32,000 nt of DNA from Candidatus Saccharimonas aalborgensis (GTDB lineage Bacteria > Patescibacteriota > Saccharimonadia > Saccharimonadales > Saccharimonadaceae): positions 870,001-902,000 of the forward strand of contig NC_021219.1 of NCBI RefSeq assembly GCF_000392435.1, given 5' to 3'. Numbering within the stretch: position 1 is the stretch's first letter; each line of letters begins with the position of its first letter. A model generated the notes under the pieces. The model was not told the origin of the DNA. It saw only the letters and a program-made list of their open reading frames with translations, and did no database searches. The translations under genes were made by a program, and so were the position numbers. This document shows positions 22,600 to 32,000 of this stretch, piece by piece.

Positions 22600-25500
22600 T
22601 CAAATAGTGTTCAAATTCTATGATGCCCTTGAGGGTCGGCTCAAAACTACTAGTATCGGGAAGTTCAAGCGCTGTAATGCAGTGCCATACGGCCGCGATG
22701 AGATCGGAGAATTCGGCTAATTCTTCCTCGGTAAACGTCAAGCTTAGATCGTGAATAACACCTGATTGGTCGGGTTCGATGAATTGTAGCACGCCTTTTG
22801 TAAACGCGTACTTGCTATAGTCTCTCGATTTGCTCACCAAGAGTTCATAAAACATCAGCTGCTGCTTGTATTTATGCAGCTTGATCTTTTGATACTCGCT
22901 GTTCCCATTCCAGGTGCGGCTGGGTTTGCCTGTCTTGTAGTCGGTGACGACAATTGAGTTGTCGGCGATGTCGACAAGATCGAGTGAGCCTGTCAGGCGG
23001 GCGTCGCCGAGCTGGACATGTTGCGTGCTAAAGTTTAGTTCAGTTTTTTGAGTGGCGGTAAACGTACTGTATTTTGCATCGAGGAAACGCGTTAAACTAT
23101 CGACACCTTTTTTGCTATAGAGAGCAAATTCAGCTGCCGGCAAGCGTTGGTTTTGGAGTTCGGTCACGAAATCACCGAGGATATCTTCGACTGGCCGCCG
23201 GTCACCAGTTGCCGCGAGATGTGTATGCGCGCGCTGCAATACCGCATGAATAGCCGTACCATAGCAAGCAGCAGCCGATTTTGCCTGCGGAAAACGGAGC
23301 AAATTATGCAGCAAAAATGCTTGCGGCCCGCCGCGGGTGATATCGATGAAGGCGTTGAGATGGGTGCTCGAGAGCTTGTAGGCTTCGAGCTGCGGCGTGA
23401 GCAGCTGTTTCATTGTGATAGAAGGATGTTTGGTGATGGTATCATGCCAGGCAAGTTCAGCATGATCGGTGAGTTGCGCGAGTGTTGTTTGTGGTACTGA
23501 GACTGTCGGTGTAAGTGAACTGCCGACCAAGAAACGAGCGATCAGACTGTCTCTTTCCTGCTCGTCGTGACGGCTATAGCTGATGATCAAGGTACGGCAC
23601 GCCCGTGTCATGGCGACAAAAAACAGTCTCAGCCGCTCGTCGTAGGTGTTACCAGCGGGCGCAAGCGGTAGGTTTTCGGGGTAGCCGATGAGGCGGGTTC
23701 GTGATCGTACTCGTTCGCCCCAAATAGAATCGATTGCGCTCACAATAAACACGGTATCGAATTCGAGTCCTTTTGCCTTGTGAGCGCTGAGTAGCGTAAT
23801 AGCGTCCTGGGCGTGCTCACTCGGCCGTCGCAGGCTGACAAGGGGTGTTTTCATCTGTCGATGGAGCTCGATAAATGAAAGGAAATCCTGGAGCGTGAGG
23901 TCTTGGTCGGGACGATACTGGCGGAGCGCGTGGCGCAATGTGCGGAGTGCCTCCAGCATGGTGAGGTAGGCGTCGGGGTTGTCTTTTAGGCGCTCATCTG
24001 AGAAATAATAGGCAAAGAGAGGCGACGAATAGTCGTGTGATGAAGACTCTTCTTCGGTCGGTATGCCCGTTAGTATATCGATACTCGCTTCGAGTGTCGT
24101 ATGCGAAAGGTTAGCTGAGAGAGATATCAGCCACTGGGCAAGCGGTTGGTAGCGTTCTGAATTTTGCATTGCCTCAAGCCAGGTGATACGGTCGCGGTAA
24201 CAGGTCAATCCAAGACGCCAAATTGCCTCAGGATTTGGTTTGCACATCGGATGACCGAGCAGCTGCGGCATTAGGCTGTCAACTACATCGAACTCTGAGT
24301 CATGAAGCGAGACGGTAATACGGGCCAGTAGCTCGAGCGCCCTCACTGCTTCGATGTCGAGCACATTGTCTCGACGCTCGTAATTGACAGCGATATCCTC
24401 ATGATAGAGGTATGGCAGGAGCGAAACCAAGTCTTGATGTCGTCTGGCAAGTACTGCAATTGAAGCAGGCGTCGCTCCATTTTTGATACGTTCTTTGATG
24501 CTTTGCGCGATCCAGGCTCTCTCCTCGATCACCGAGGGAAGTTGTTGAAGTATGACCGTTGACTCAGATTTCTTTTGCGCTTCGAGCTGCTTGCTGATCT
24601 CCATCGTTGTTTCTAGCCGACCGGTACCCTGTACAATAACCTCTCGGGCATGTTGTAAGATGGCAGCGCCCGATCGGTAATTTTCGGTCAGTACGATGCT
24701 TTGATGACTGGGATATTGGTTACGAAAACGGTGAATATTGTTGACGTCCGCTCCCTGAAATGAGTAGATTGCTTGATCATCGTCGCCAACCGCCATGACA
24801 TTTGGGTTACCTTCGTTTGCAGACGTATCGGTGAGGTCAAACAAGATACGCAGTTGAGCAAGGTTGGTGTCTTGGAATTCGTCGACCATGATATAGTGAT
24901 ATTTTTCTTGTAGGTTGTACTTTAGGTCGGGCTGTGTCTCCATGCCGTGAACTACTCCCAAGATCATATCATCATAGTCATATAGCCCGGCTTGCTCCAT
25001 ACGCGAAAGGTAGACATAGTAGATGTGGGCAACCGAACGTAGTTTTGCGTGACGTTTGCGGTCCTTAAACACAAACTCACCCTCAGTATTCTTTTCGAGC
25101 CACTGGTTGCGCCATGCCGTGATAGGCGTGGTTTTATTGGTGGCGACAGCCTCATCAAAGGCATGAGCCATACTGAGTGCGAGTACATTTGCCAGCGGAG
25201 TGATACCAGATGGGAGTGTCGGTACCGCGAGTGCTGCAACTCGCTCGGCGAGGGGCACTAGCAGACTTAGCATAGTAGTGCTCGGTTTGTTGGAAAAAAT
25301 TTCAGTCAGATCGCGCTCAATGCTATCCAACACCTCTTCGTTAGCGTTGATAATAGCGAGGAGCTCATCACTGCTGAGTCCGGCGCGTTTAAGCTCACTA
25401 ATAGTACTCATTGTGTCTTTGAGGTGGGTATGCTCGCCATTGTTTTTGCTTGCGAGCGGGTTTGTATAATCAAGCTCATCAAAGATTTCACTCAGCACTT

Positions 25501-25867
25501 GGTGCATGGTTACCTCGTCAGCAGGACGAAATGCCGCACCATGATAAAAATACTGATTGTTTTGGTTGATCACTTCAGTCCCAAAGCTGTGGAAGGTATG
25601 GATAGCTACCCTATAGGCATCTGGACCAATAATTCCTGCTAATCGTTCACGCATGGCGGCTGCACCACTATCGGTAAAGGTGAGGCAGAGGATGTTTTCG
25701 GGCAATGTATCAGTTGAGCGGAGGATATTTGCGGCACGCATACCGAGGAGCTCGGTCTTTCCTGTGCCGGGTCCGGCTACCACGAGTAACGGGCCATCAA
25801 TGGCATCAACAGCCTGGCGTTGAGCGGCATTAAGTTGGCGATAGCGTGCGTCGAAGGCCGTTGTCAA
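22577..25867 (-). CDS. UvrD/PcrA/AddA-type superfamily-1 helicase fused to a C-terminal PD-(D/E)XK (RecB-like) nuclease
   Basis: 1096 aa. VVAGPGTGKT (motif I), IMVDEFQDTN (II), VGDDDQAIYSFQGA (III), TENYRS (IV), AHKAKGLEFDTVFIV (V) and AMTRACRTLIISY (VI). The C-terminus has GSLDLVDI...VVTDYKTGK. TTG start overlaps the upstream stop (TTGA). Confidence 0.85.
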   Translation of the reverse strand: MTTAFDARYRQLNAAQRQAVDAIDGPLLVVAGPGTGKTELLGMRAANILRSTDTLPENILCLTFTDSGAAAMRERLAGIIGPDAYRVAIHTFHSFGTEVINQNNQYFYHGAAFRPADEVTMHQVLSEIFDELDYTNPLASKNNGEHTHLKDTMSTISELKRAGLSSDELLAIINANEEVLDSIERDLTEIFSNKPSTTMLSLLVPLAERVAALAVPTLPSGITPLANVLALSMAHAFDEAVATNKTTPITAWRNQWLEKNTEGEFVFKDRKRHAKLRSVAHIYYVYLSRMEQAGLYDYDDMILGVVHGMETQPDLKYNLQEKYHYIMVDEFQDTNLAQLRILFDLTDTSANEGNPNVMAVGDDDQAIYSFQGADVNNIHRFRNQYPSHQSIVLTENYRSGAAILQHAREVIVQGTGRLETTMEISKQLEAQKKSESTVILQQLPSVIEERAWIAQSIKERIKNGATPASIAVLARRHQDLVSLLPYLYHEDIAVNYERRDNVLDIEAVRALELLARITVSLHDSEFDVVDSLMPQLLGHPMCKPNPEAIWRLGLTCYRDRITWLEAMQNSERYQPLAQWLISLSANLSHTTLEASIDILTGIPTEEESSSHDYSSPLFAYYFSDERLKDNPDAYLTMLEALRTLRHALRQYRPDQDLTLQDFLSFIELHRQMKTPLVSLRRPSEHAQDAITLLSAHKAKGLEFDTVFIVSAIDSIWGERVRSRTRLIGYPENLPLAPAGNTYDERLRLFFVAMTRACRTLIISYSRHDEQERDSLIARFLVGSSLTPTVSVPQTTLAQLTDHAELAWHDTITKHPSITMKQLLTPQLEAYKLSSTHLNAFIDITRGGPQAFLLHNLLRFPQAKSAAACYGTAIHAVLQRAHTHLAATGDRRPVEDILGDFVTELQNQRLPAAEFALYSKKGVDSLTRFLDAKYSTFTATQKTELNFSTQHVQLGDARLTGSLDLVDIADNSIVVTDYKTGKPSRTWNGNSEYQKIKLHKYKQQLMFYELLVSKSRDYSKYAFTKGVLQFIEPDQSGVIHDLSLTFTEEELAEFSDLIAAVWHCITALELPDTSSFEPTLKGIIEFEHYLIDNFAKK

Positions 25868-27252
25868 AGTTGCAGTTCCTTGTAGGCTTTTTGGAGGATG
25901 GTGAGCACTGTTTGATAGTCGATCGTTTGGTCTGAACCAGTTTTGTAAAGGTAGATTATTGTATCGACCACCTCGATTGATACATGTTCGTCAGTATCAT
26001 AGAGATACGCCATAAAGCCAGGATTAAGTAACTCAAACGTGGCTAATCGATCAGCATCAGTTGCATATACATCATAGCGCTTATTGAAGTCGGGCCACTC
26101 AAACTCGTATTTGGTGTAGCCATCAGGAGCACTATTACCAAACAGTTTTTTTGGTTGAATGAGAATACCGCCGTATGATTTTGGAACGGCAAGCTGTGAG
26201 ATGACAATAGGCTTGCTGGACGAACCGTACGCCTTATATGTATAAAACTGTACAAGGTAACTACCCCACTTACCTACGACGTAGTTATTTATATCTGACA
26301 CGCCAAACTTACCTTTACCAAATAGTTTGCCGCGGCTTGGCAAGAATAGCCAACCCATATCAAGATAATAAAACAGTTTATTGTCTGTTGCGAACTTAAC
26401 CATATCGGCACGCTGTGTGCCAATATCAGCCGTGCTTTGGTCGATGCCGTCAACGAGCCAACCAGTATCATTTTTAATGAGTCGCCAGTATTCTGTAAAC
26501 GTCGATGAGTCTTTGTACAGTGTCGACCCAGTGGGAGTGTCAATCAACGTATCTTTAGCCGAGGCTCGAAACAATACTGTACAGACAGTTCCTTCAGCAT
26601 TACTATCGATAACACGCGATGCACGGATGCGGACATTGTCCATTTGATTCACGCGCTGCAAAACAGCGAGAGCTTCGAGTAGCAGGGCGGATTTATCTCC
26701 AAAGGACGGTGTTGTAAGCAAACGGATAGCTGCACTATCGCCTCTACTCCACGCAGACTGATAATCTTGGAATAGTGTTTTAGCCGATGAGAGTACGGTA
26801 GTTGCCTGCTGTGGTCCAACCATCTTTAGTGAACGCCGAGGAATGGGTAACCTAGCCGCTATTTTTGCACCATGAATAATACCTGCCACGGTGCCTATTA
26901 TTACGCTGCTGCCGTACAAGAGTCCTATTGGCCAATAGAGTATCGCACACAAGGTGCTTGCTATACCCGCACCCAAGACTTCAATTTTTATAAGTGTGCG
27001 AGGCTGCACAGACGGGAACCTCTTTTTTAGGTCCCGTAGAAGAATTGCCCCTATTAACGTCGTAAGGACACCTAAAAGAACTGTTGTGGCGAGCATTGAT
27101 ACGAACGGATCAAGAGGATCGCCGCTGCCCGAAGATCCGCTACTATGGCCTCCGCCACCTCCACCGCCACCTCCACCTCCGCCGCCACCGCCGGACCCAC
27201 CACCGCCACCGCGGCCAAAATCTCTGAGGAGTGATTCGAGGAGAGATATCAT
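25864..27252 (-). CDS. Membrane protein: poly-Gly N-terminus, TM segments, Tim44-like middle region, conserved C-terminal domain (paralog B)
   Basis: 462 aa. N-terminus is MISLLESLLRDFGRGGGGGSGGGGGGGGGGGGGGGHSSGSSGSG. The middle has FTEYWRLIKNDTGWLVDGIDQ, the pattern seen in Tim44-like domains. The C-terminal part (...YTKYEFEWPDFNKRYDVYATDADRLATFELLNPGFMAYLYDTD...) is nearly identical to the upstream paralog. Confidence 0.7.
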   Translation of the reverse strand: MISLLESLLRDFGRGGGGGSGGGGGGGGGGGGGGGHSSGSSGSGDPLDPFVSMLATTVLLGVLTTLIGAILLRDLKKRFPSVQPRTLIKIEVLGAGIASTLCAILYWPIGLLYGSSVIIGTVAGIIHGAKIAARLPIPRRSLKMVGPQQATTVLSSAKTLFQDYQSAWSRGDSAAIRLLTTPSFGDKSALLLEALAVLQRVNQMDNVRIRASRVIDSNAEGTVCTVLFRASAKDTLIDTPTGSTLYKDSSTFTEYWRLIKNDTGWLVDGIDQSTADIGTQRADMVKFATDNKLFYYLDMGWLFLPSRGKLFGKGKFGVSDINNYVVGKWGSYLVQFYTYKAYGSSSKPIVISQLAVPKSYGGILIQPKKLFGNSAPDGYTKYEFEWPDFNKRYDVYATDADRLATFELLNPGFMAYLYDTDEHVSIEVVDTIIYLYKTGSDQTIDYQTVLTILQKAYKELQL

Positions 27253-28613
27253 AGCTGCAGTTCCTTATACGCCTTCTGCATGAGAGTCACCATAAGTTGA
27301 TAATCCGCGGAAGTTGCCGCTTTTTGATTCTTGTAGAGGTAGATGATATTGTCAGTGACTTCGATGCATATATTGCCATCTGTGTCATAGAGATAGGCCA
27401 TAAATCCAGGATTGAGTAGTTCAAACGTCGCTAGGCGATCGGCGTCAGTAGCATATACATCATAGCGCTTATTGAAGTCCGGCCACTCAAACTCGTATTT
27501 GGTGTAGCCTTTTGGTGCTCCGTCTCCAAAGAGATTTTTGTTAAATATATTTCCTGATTTTGGACGAATCCAGATACCGCCATATGATTTTGGGACGCAG
27601 ATCTGGGCAACGATTTTTGGTAAGACAGTACTATCGCTCGGCATAAGGCTCAGTGTGTAGAATTGTACGAGGTATTTGTCCCACATGCCAATAACGTGGT
27701 TGTTGACATCACTTTTGCCGAACTTGCCGTTACCCAGAAGTTGACCATATCGTGGTAAGAACAGCCACCCCATGTCAAGCGAATAATACATGTTGTTTGC
27801 AGCCGCAAAGGCAGCGAGCTGATTATCCGCTAGCGATTTATCCGCTGTGCTTTGTTCGATATGATCAAGCAGCCACGAAGATTGGTTGCGCTGAAATGTC
27901 CAATATTCTGTGAAGCTAGAAGCATCTCGGAATAGCTGTGTATTTGATGCAGTATCAATGAGAATATCGTCAGCAGTTGCCTCTATGGCAACAGTAAAAC
28001 TATCTTTGGTGTTGTCGGCGTCATCATGAATATCGATAATTTCGCAGCGAAGTATAGTAGGGTTTCCTACGACATTTTGTCGTCCTAACTGTAGCAGTGC
28101 GAGCATCAGTAAGTAAGCATGGTAGGTATATCGCTGGGTCGCGTAGGTCTTAATTCGGCCCGTATCACCTTTTGACCAATCAGACTGATATGCCATGAAT
28201 ACCTGCTGTGCATATGAGACGAGTGAGGCCTCATCCCATGCATTGTCAGTTTGTGCGGCGGAAGACAATTTTTGTTTTGCGGCTTTTCTTCGTTTGGAGA
28301 GTTTATCCCATATATCAAAGAATGCCGAGTGCCAGCCGAGCCAAATACCAATGATGACGAGTGTCATGAACCACCACATTGCGCCACCGGCTACAATGCC
28401 AATGATAAATAGAATGATTGAAAACACGGTTGCACAGGCGGCGCTAATGATAAGCTCCAGTGTGCGCGGAAAGAGTTTCTTGACAAGTTTACCGAGATAA
28501 TAACTTGGGATATAGCCCACGATAGCAAGTCCCATATCACCGCCGCCACCTCCACTGGAGCCCCCTCCTCCGCTTCGAGCGAAGTGCAATAAGACGTTGT
28601 AATCCATAGCCAC
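27249..28613 (-). CDS. Membrane protein, paralog A of 25864..27252
   Basis: 454 aa. ARSGGGGSSGGGGGD near the N-terminus, several TM helices, FTEYWTFQRNQSSWLLDHIEQ, and the same C-terminal domain. The stop overlaps paralog B's start (ATGA). Confidence 0.7.
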   Translation of the reverse strand: MAMDYNVLLHFARSGGGGSSGGGGGDMGLAIVGYIPSYYLGKLVKKLFPRTLELIISAACATVFSIILFIIGIVAGGAMWWFMTLVIIGIWLGWHSAFFDIWDKLSKRRKAAKQKLSSAAQTDNAWDEASLVSYAQQVFMAYQSDWSKGDTGRIKTYATQRYTYHAYLLMLALLQLGRQNVVGNPTILRCEIIDIHDDADNTKDSFTVAIEATADDILIDTASNTQLFRDASSFTEYWTFQRNQSSWLLDHIEQSTADKSLADNQLAAFAAANNMYYSLDMGWLFLPRYGQLLGNGKFGKSDVNNHVIGMWDKYLVQFYTLSLMPSDSTVLPKIVAQICVPKSYGGIWIRPKSGNIFNKNLFGDGAPKGYTKYEFEWPDFNKRYDVYATDADRLATFELLNPGFMAYLYDTDGNICIEVTDNIIYLYKNQKAATSADYQLMVTLMQKAYKELQL

Positions 28614-28665
28614 TATTATACGCTAGTGTTGCTAGTTTTGGCGCGGTATACGATAATTAGAACAA

Positions 28666-29154
28666 ATGAATGATGACATATACGATGATCTTGCCCTCGA
28701 GCGAAGTGCCAAACAGGAGTTTGGTGTCGATATAGAGATAGAAAAGGTCATTGTGCGCGGAATAAGTGTCGGACATTCGGCGCGTGCGACGGTACTGTTA
28801 TCAAAAAAGAAACAACTCTATTGCTATATATACGGTCATTCAAAACTGTTGCTCAACGATGTCAAAAAAATAGCTGCACGCATGGGAATTGTCGTCGAAC
28901 TGTATTTTCCACCAAAAGGACGACCAAATTATTTTGATGATATTGGCCGCGAACGCTTTTCGTTGGTATTTCCTGGACGAAAAGAAATTCATGAGTCAGA
29001 CATCGTGTTTTATCGCACGCTTGCCCCCTACAACCCCGCACTTCTATTAGTACGGGAAATACGCGAGGGTCACATTTATCAGGCAGATAGTGATGCTCGC
29101 AGCGGTTGGCGTGTGGCGACGAAGTTTGCCTATCGGCGGATTAAGACAAGCTAA
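28666..29154 (+). CDS. Hypothetical protein, 162 aa
   Basis: ORF with backbone-like composition. GATAAT lies 8 nt upstream of the ATG. No family was recognised. Confidence 0.5.
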   Translation: MNDDIYDDLALERSAKQEFGVDIEIEKVIVRGISVGHSARATVLLSKKKQLYCYIYGHSKLLLNDVKKIAARMGIVVELYFPPKGRPNYFDDIGRERFSLVFPGRKEIHESDIVFYRTLAPYNPALLLVREIREGHIYQADSDARSGWRVATKFAYRRIKTS

Positions 29155-29155
29155 A

Positions 29156-29842
29156 TTAGTTTTCAAACACGCATTTTCCTATAGCTGTACCGGCAGTAAT
29201 ATAATTCCCAGGCATAAACTTAAGACGCTGCCCATACTTACCTTGATAAATGTGCCAACGACCATCTTCTTTTGAATGATACGCAAGCGTATATGAACTA
29301 TAGCTACTAGGAGTATCACCTGCTATCTTATAAATAGTATCGGTAGAATTGCAGGCCATGCCGCCACCTGGCGAAGTAATTGACACGCCAGAAGAGCACC
29401 CCGTTCCGCAACCTGCATTTGGATATTGTCCTAATTGTCCCCAATAGTATACACCATATGTTAGGTAGGTGCCATTAATCGGTGTCGTTGAAGTATTTCC
29501 GAGAACAGTCCCAAGACTTTCTAGGCCTGGCATAGATGCAATTGTTGACGAAGTAGTATTTGAATAGATTGCAGTTGATGTAGTAGTGACTGTAGATTGG
29601 TTAGCACGACAACCTGAAGCGACCGTACTTAGTGAGCAACCCGTCGGATATTCACCATATTTATCATAATATTTATCGAATGTAGTCATAATAGCTATGA
29701 TTAAAGTCCGTTGACTGGCATCGTATGCTTGTGCTTGTACCTTGTTAAACGCCAAAATACTCAAGCTTGCAAGGATGGCGATGACTGCGACAACAACAGC
29801 AACTTCAACGAGAGTAAAACCGCGAATACGCTTGTGCTTCAT
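29156..29842 (-). CDS. Type IV pilin-like protein (prepilin N-terminal cleavage/methylation motif)
   Basis: MKHKRIRGFTLVEVAVVVAVIAILASLSILAF contains the canonical G|FTLVE motif plus a hydrophobic helix. The Thr/Ser/Gly-rich globular part contains cysteine pairs. Confidence 0.85.
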   Translation of the reverse strand: MKHKRIRGFTLVEVAVVVAVIAILASLSILAFNKVQAQAYDASQRTLIIAIMTTFDKYYDKYGEYPTGCSLSTVASGCRANQSTVTTTSTAIYSNTTSSTIASMPGLESLGTVLGNTSTTPINGTYLTYGVYYWGQLGQYPNAGCGTGCSSGVSITSPGGGMACNSTDTIYKIAGDTPSSYSSYTLAYHSKEDGRWHIYQGKYGQRLKFMPGNYITAGTAIGKCVFEN

Positions 29843-29854
29843 GTCTTTAGTGTA

Positions 29855-31168
29855 TCACAGTAACGCGCGCTGTAAATCAAGTACGATGAGATGTTCAATA
29901 TGAGGTGTCCGCGGGAAGAAATTATACCCTTGATGATGCGCAATACCGTATGCTGCCGCTAATAGCGCAACATCACGTGCCTGAGTAGTAGGATTACAGC
30001 TGAGATAGATAATTCTCTGTGGTCTCGAGGAAAGTAGTCTGGTGATGAGGTCTCGGTGGAGTCCTGTGCGGGGTGGATCTACGATAACGGTTGTGTGCGG
30101 CTTAATGTAGTCGAGCGATTTTTCGCTCGGCGCAAGGACGGCTTTGGCATTGCTCTCTAGGCGTTCAATGTTCCGTTTCATTTCTCTAACGGCATTTTCA
30201 TCAATCTCGATCAATGTACACTCGTTACCACCTATCGTAAGCCCGATGGTACCGACCCCACTATAGAGATCGATCGTCTGTGTGTCAGCAACGACCCATC
30301 GCTTTAGGTCATGGAGCACTTGTTCGTAAACAGGAAGATTTATTTGGAAAAAACTCTCCGCGGCGTAATTAAATGGAACGCCAAGGAGAATATCTGAGAG
30401 AGCTATGTCTCCGTATTGAGCTAACCGTTTGGTAATACGACTGGCGGGGCTTTTGGGGTCGCTATAGATAAGCTCTCCGCCCTGAGCTGTTAGGTTTGAA
30501 GCTTCCTTGGTGGTGATAATGTCTGGATTAACTTCTTTTAGATAAAGTTGCCAGACACACTGGCCTGATTGATCACAACGAATAAGAAGAGTTTTGAGCT
30601 GACGTGCTGTCACTTTCTTGGCACGTAAAAGATCGCGAATCTCTTTTGCGAGTTTCATCATTGAATCGGGTATGAGTGAGCACTCCTCGATCGTGATTTT
30701 ACCTTTTGAGCCGCGTCTAAAGAATGCTAGATCAAGTGTTTCATCTCCGTCTTTATCACAGTCACTGTACCAGCTGAACTCGACTTTATTGCGATAGTGA
30801 TCGATATGTCCGTCACTATACATTTCGATAGGATTTGGGAGGACTATGTCATGTAGCTCAAATGCTTCTTCAACCAATGCGGCTTTGTAATGTTGCTCGG
30901 CCGAGAATTTCATGAATTGCCATGGGCTAGTACTAAGATAACTATCGGGGTCCGCTGGTGAAATACGTTCAGTCGAGGGCGTTTTAATCTCTGAGACAAC
31001 TCCTTCGACAAAACGAGATTTCTTTTTTGTGATCCGAAACGCAACAGTTTCACCAGGGAGCCCGCCCCACACGAGTGCTTTGCGCCCGTCATCGAGCGTG
31101 CCAAGTGCCTGTCCCCCACCGATGATAGTATCGAGCAGGACGGTGTAGTAGAGAGCAGGTTTTGTCAT
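29855..31168 (-). CDS. RumA/RlmD/TrmA-family (uracil-5) RNA methyltransferase with N-terminal TRAM-like domain
   Basis: 437 aa. DLYSGVGTIGLTI (SAM motif I), VIVDPPRTGL (motif IV) and YLSCNPTTQARD (catalytic Cys region). Confidence 0.8.
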   Translation of the reverse strand: MTKPALYYTVLLDTIIGGGQALGTLDDGRKALVWGGLPGETVAFRITKKKSRFVEGVVSEIKTPSTERISPADPDSYLSTSPWQFMKFSAEQHYKAALVEEAFELHDIVLPNPIEMYSDGHIDHYRNKVEFSWYSDCDKDGDETLDLAFFRRGSKGKITIEECSLIPDSMMKLAKEIRDLLRAKKVTARQLKTLLIRCDQSGQCVWQLYLKEVNPDIITTKEASNLTAQGGELIYSDPKSPASRITKRLAQYGDIALSDILLGVPFNYAAESFFQINLPVYEQVLHDLKRWVVADTQTIDLYSGVGTIGLTIGGNECTLIEIDENAVREMKRNIERLESNAKAVLAPSEKSLDYIKPHTTVIVDPPRTGLHRDLITRLLSSRPQRIIYLSCNPTTQARDVALLAAAYGIAHHQGYNFFPRTPHIEHLIVLDLQRALL

Positions 31169-31177
31169 CTGTTTATT

Positions 31178-32000
31178 TTAGCGCGGAATAAACGAATAGA
31201 ACAGCACTAGGCTAGCTGCTGCCATCAAGATAAACGCGGCAAATACGCCCGCGTTGCTCCAGCGAGAGTTTTTGTATTCTCCCATAATGTCGGGATTGTT
31301 GCCAACGCGCCATATCATGTACAGAAGCGGAACCGATGCAACCGCGTTGAATACAGCAGTAAAGATCAACGCTTGAATAGGATCGATGCCGATGATATTT
31401 ATGAGCAGGCCTGCAAATGTGGCGAGGGCGATAATGCCATAAAAGCCATGCGCTTTTTTGAACTTGCGGTACAGCCCTTCTTTAATCCCGAGTGCTTCGC
31501 TGATGGCATAACTGGATGAGCCGGCCAGGACAGGTACGGCGAGCAGGCCGATGCCGATGATACCGACGCTAAAGAGCAGTTTGGCGACAAGGCCGGCATT
31601 TGGGAAGCCTTGCACGAGTGGCTCAAGTGCTGCTGCTGCGTCCTGGGCATTATTGATTTGACCGATATGTCCGTGCAGCGCTGCGGCACACGCAACAACA
31701 ATAAACCAGGCAGAAATGCTGGCCAAACTCATACCGGCGATATTGTCGAGGCGTATCTTGTGGATAAAACGTTTGCTGATATGCGGCTTAGCACCCGTCG
31801 AGAGGTTGCTAATGCGATGAGTCTCAACCTCATCCTCGACGACCTCGCCTGTATTCCAAAAGAAAAGATAGGGGCTAATAGTAGTGCCCAGGATACCAAC
31901 GATGATATAAATCGTATCTTTGTTTATCGTGACATTGGGGATGAAGGTGCTTTGAAACACTTCTCCCCAGTTCTGGACAACCATAAATGAGGTAACAGGA
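31178..32000 (-). CDS. NRAMP-family divalent metal transporter, C-terminal part (open past the right edge)
   Basis: GTTISPYLFFWNTGEVVEDE and multiple TM helices. The reading frame stays open upstream of the listed ATG at 31984 through position 32000, so the gene probably begins outside the window. Confidence 0.75.
   Translation of the reverse strand, partial: PVTSFMVVQNWGEVFQSTFIPNVTINKDTIYIIVGILGTTISPYLFFWNTGEVVEDEVETHRISNLSTGAKPHISKRFIHKIRLDNIAGMSLASISAWFIVVACAAALHGHIGQINNAQDAAAALEPLVQGFPNAGLVAKLLFSVGIIGIGLLAVPVLAGSSSYAISEALGIKEGLYRKFKKAHGFYGIIALATFAGLLINIIGIDPIQALIFTAVFNAVASVPLLYMIWRVGNNPDIMGEYKNSRWSNAGVFAAFILMAAASLVLFYSFIPR

Noticed and set aside
22100-22600. tRNA-adjacent GC-rich DNA as an integrated element with att duplication
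   Set aside because: No integrase gene and no second copy of the tRNA 3' end were found in the window. The GC-rich segment also lies on the 5' side of the tRNA rather than the usual 3' side.

Overview
The window has a compact backbone of roughly 47-55% GC. Hand counts give 33/60 G+C at 1021-1080 and 28/60 at 28681-28740. The backbone is mostly housekeeping genes: pyrH, two family-2 glycosyltransferases, smpB, a glutaredoxin-like gene, a complete F1Fo ATP synthase operon (atpZ-like, then atpB-E-F-H-A-G-D-C), a dihydrouridine synthase, one tRNA, a UvrD/AddA-type helicase-nuclease, two type IV pilin-like genes, an RlmD/RumA-type RNA methyltransferase and an NRAMP transporter. The pilin genes, overlapping start/stop codons and many leaderless-looking promoters resemble a reduced Patescibacteria/Saccharibacteria-like genome. 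That taxonomic reading is inference only. The main anomaly is at least seven short, sharply bounded segments of about 70% GC (43/60 G+C at 4801-4860). Each carries one ORF with nearly all-G/C third codon positions. All have GC-rich hairpins downstream, and six of the seven have a GGAGG-type ribosome-binding site. Each sits just downstream of an AT-rich, near-consensus sigma70-type promoter. I saw no integrase or transposase. Two of these segments follow copies of a ~110-bp structured palindromic repeat that occurs three times. Other unusual items: two unknown ORFs translationally coupled inside the ATP synthase operon (alpha/gamma and gamma/beta junctions), and a GC-rich membrane-protein cassette that splits atpD from atpC. 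There is also a tRNA-Gly(GCC)-like gene with a 26-nt variable region, a PilX-like/RCC1-repeat fusion protein, tandem paralogous poly-Gly membrane proteins coupled to the helicase-nuclease, and an AAA+ ATPase operon. No CRISPR array, rRNA or recognisable mobile-element gene was seen. All functional calls rest on motifs read by eye; no searches were run.
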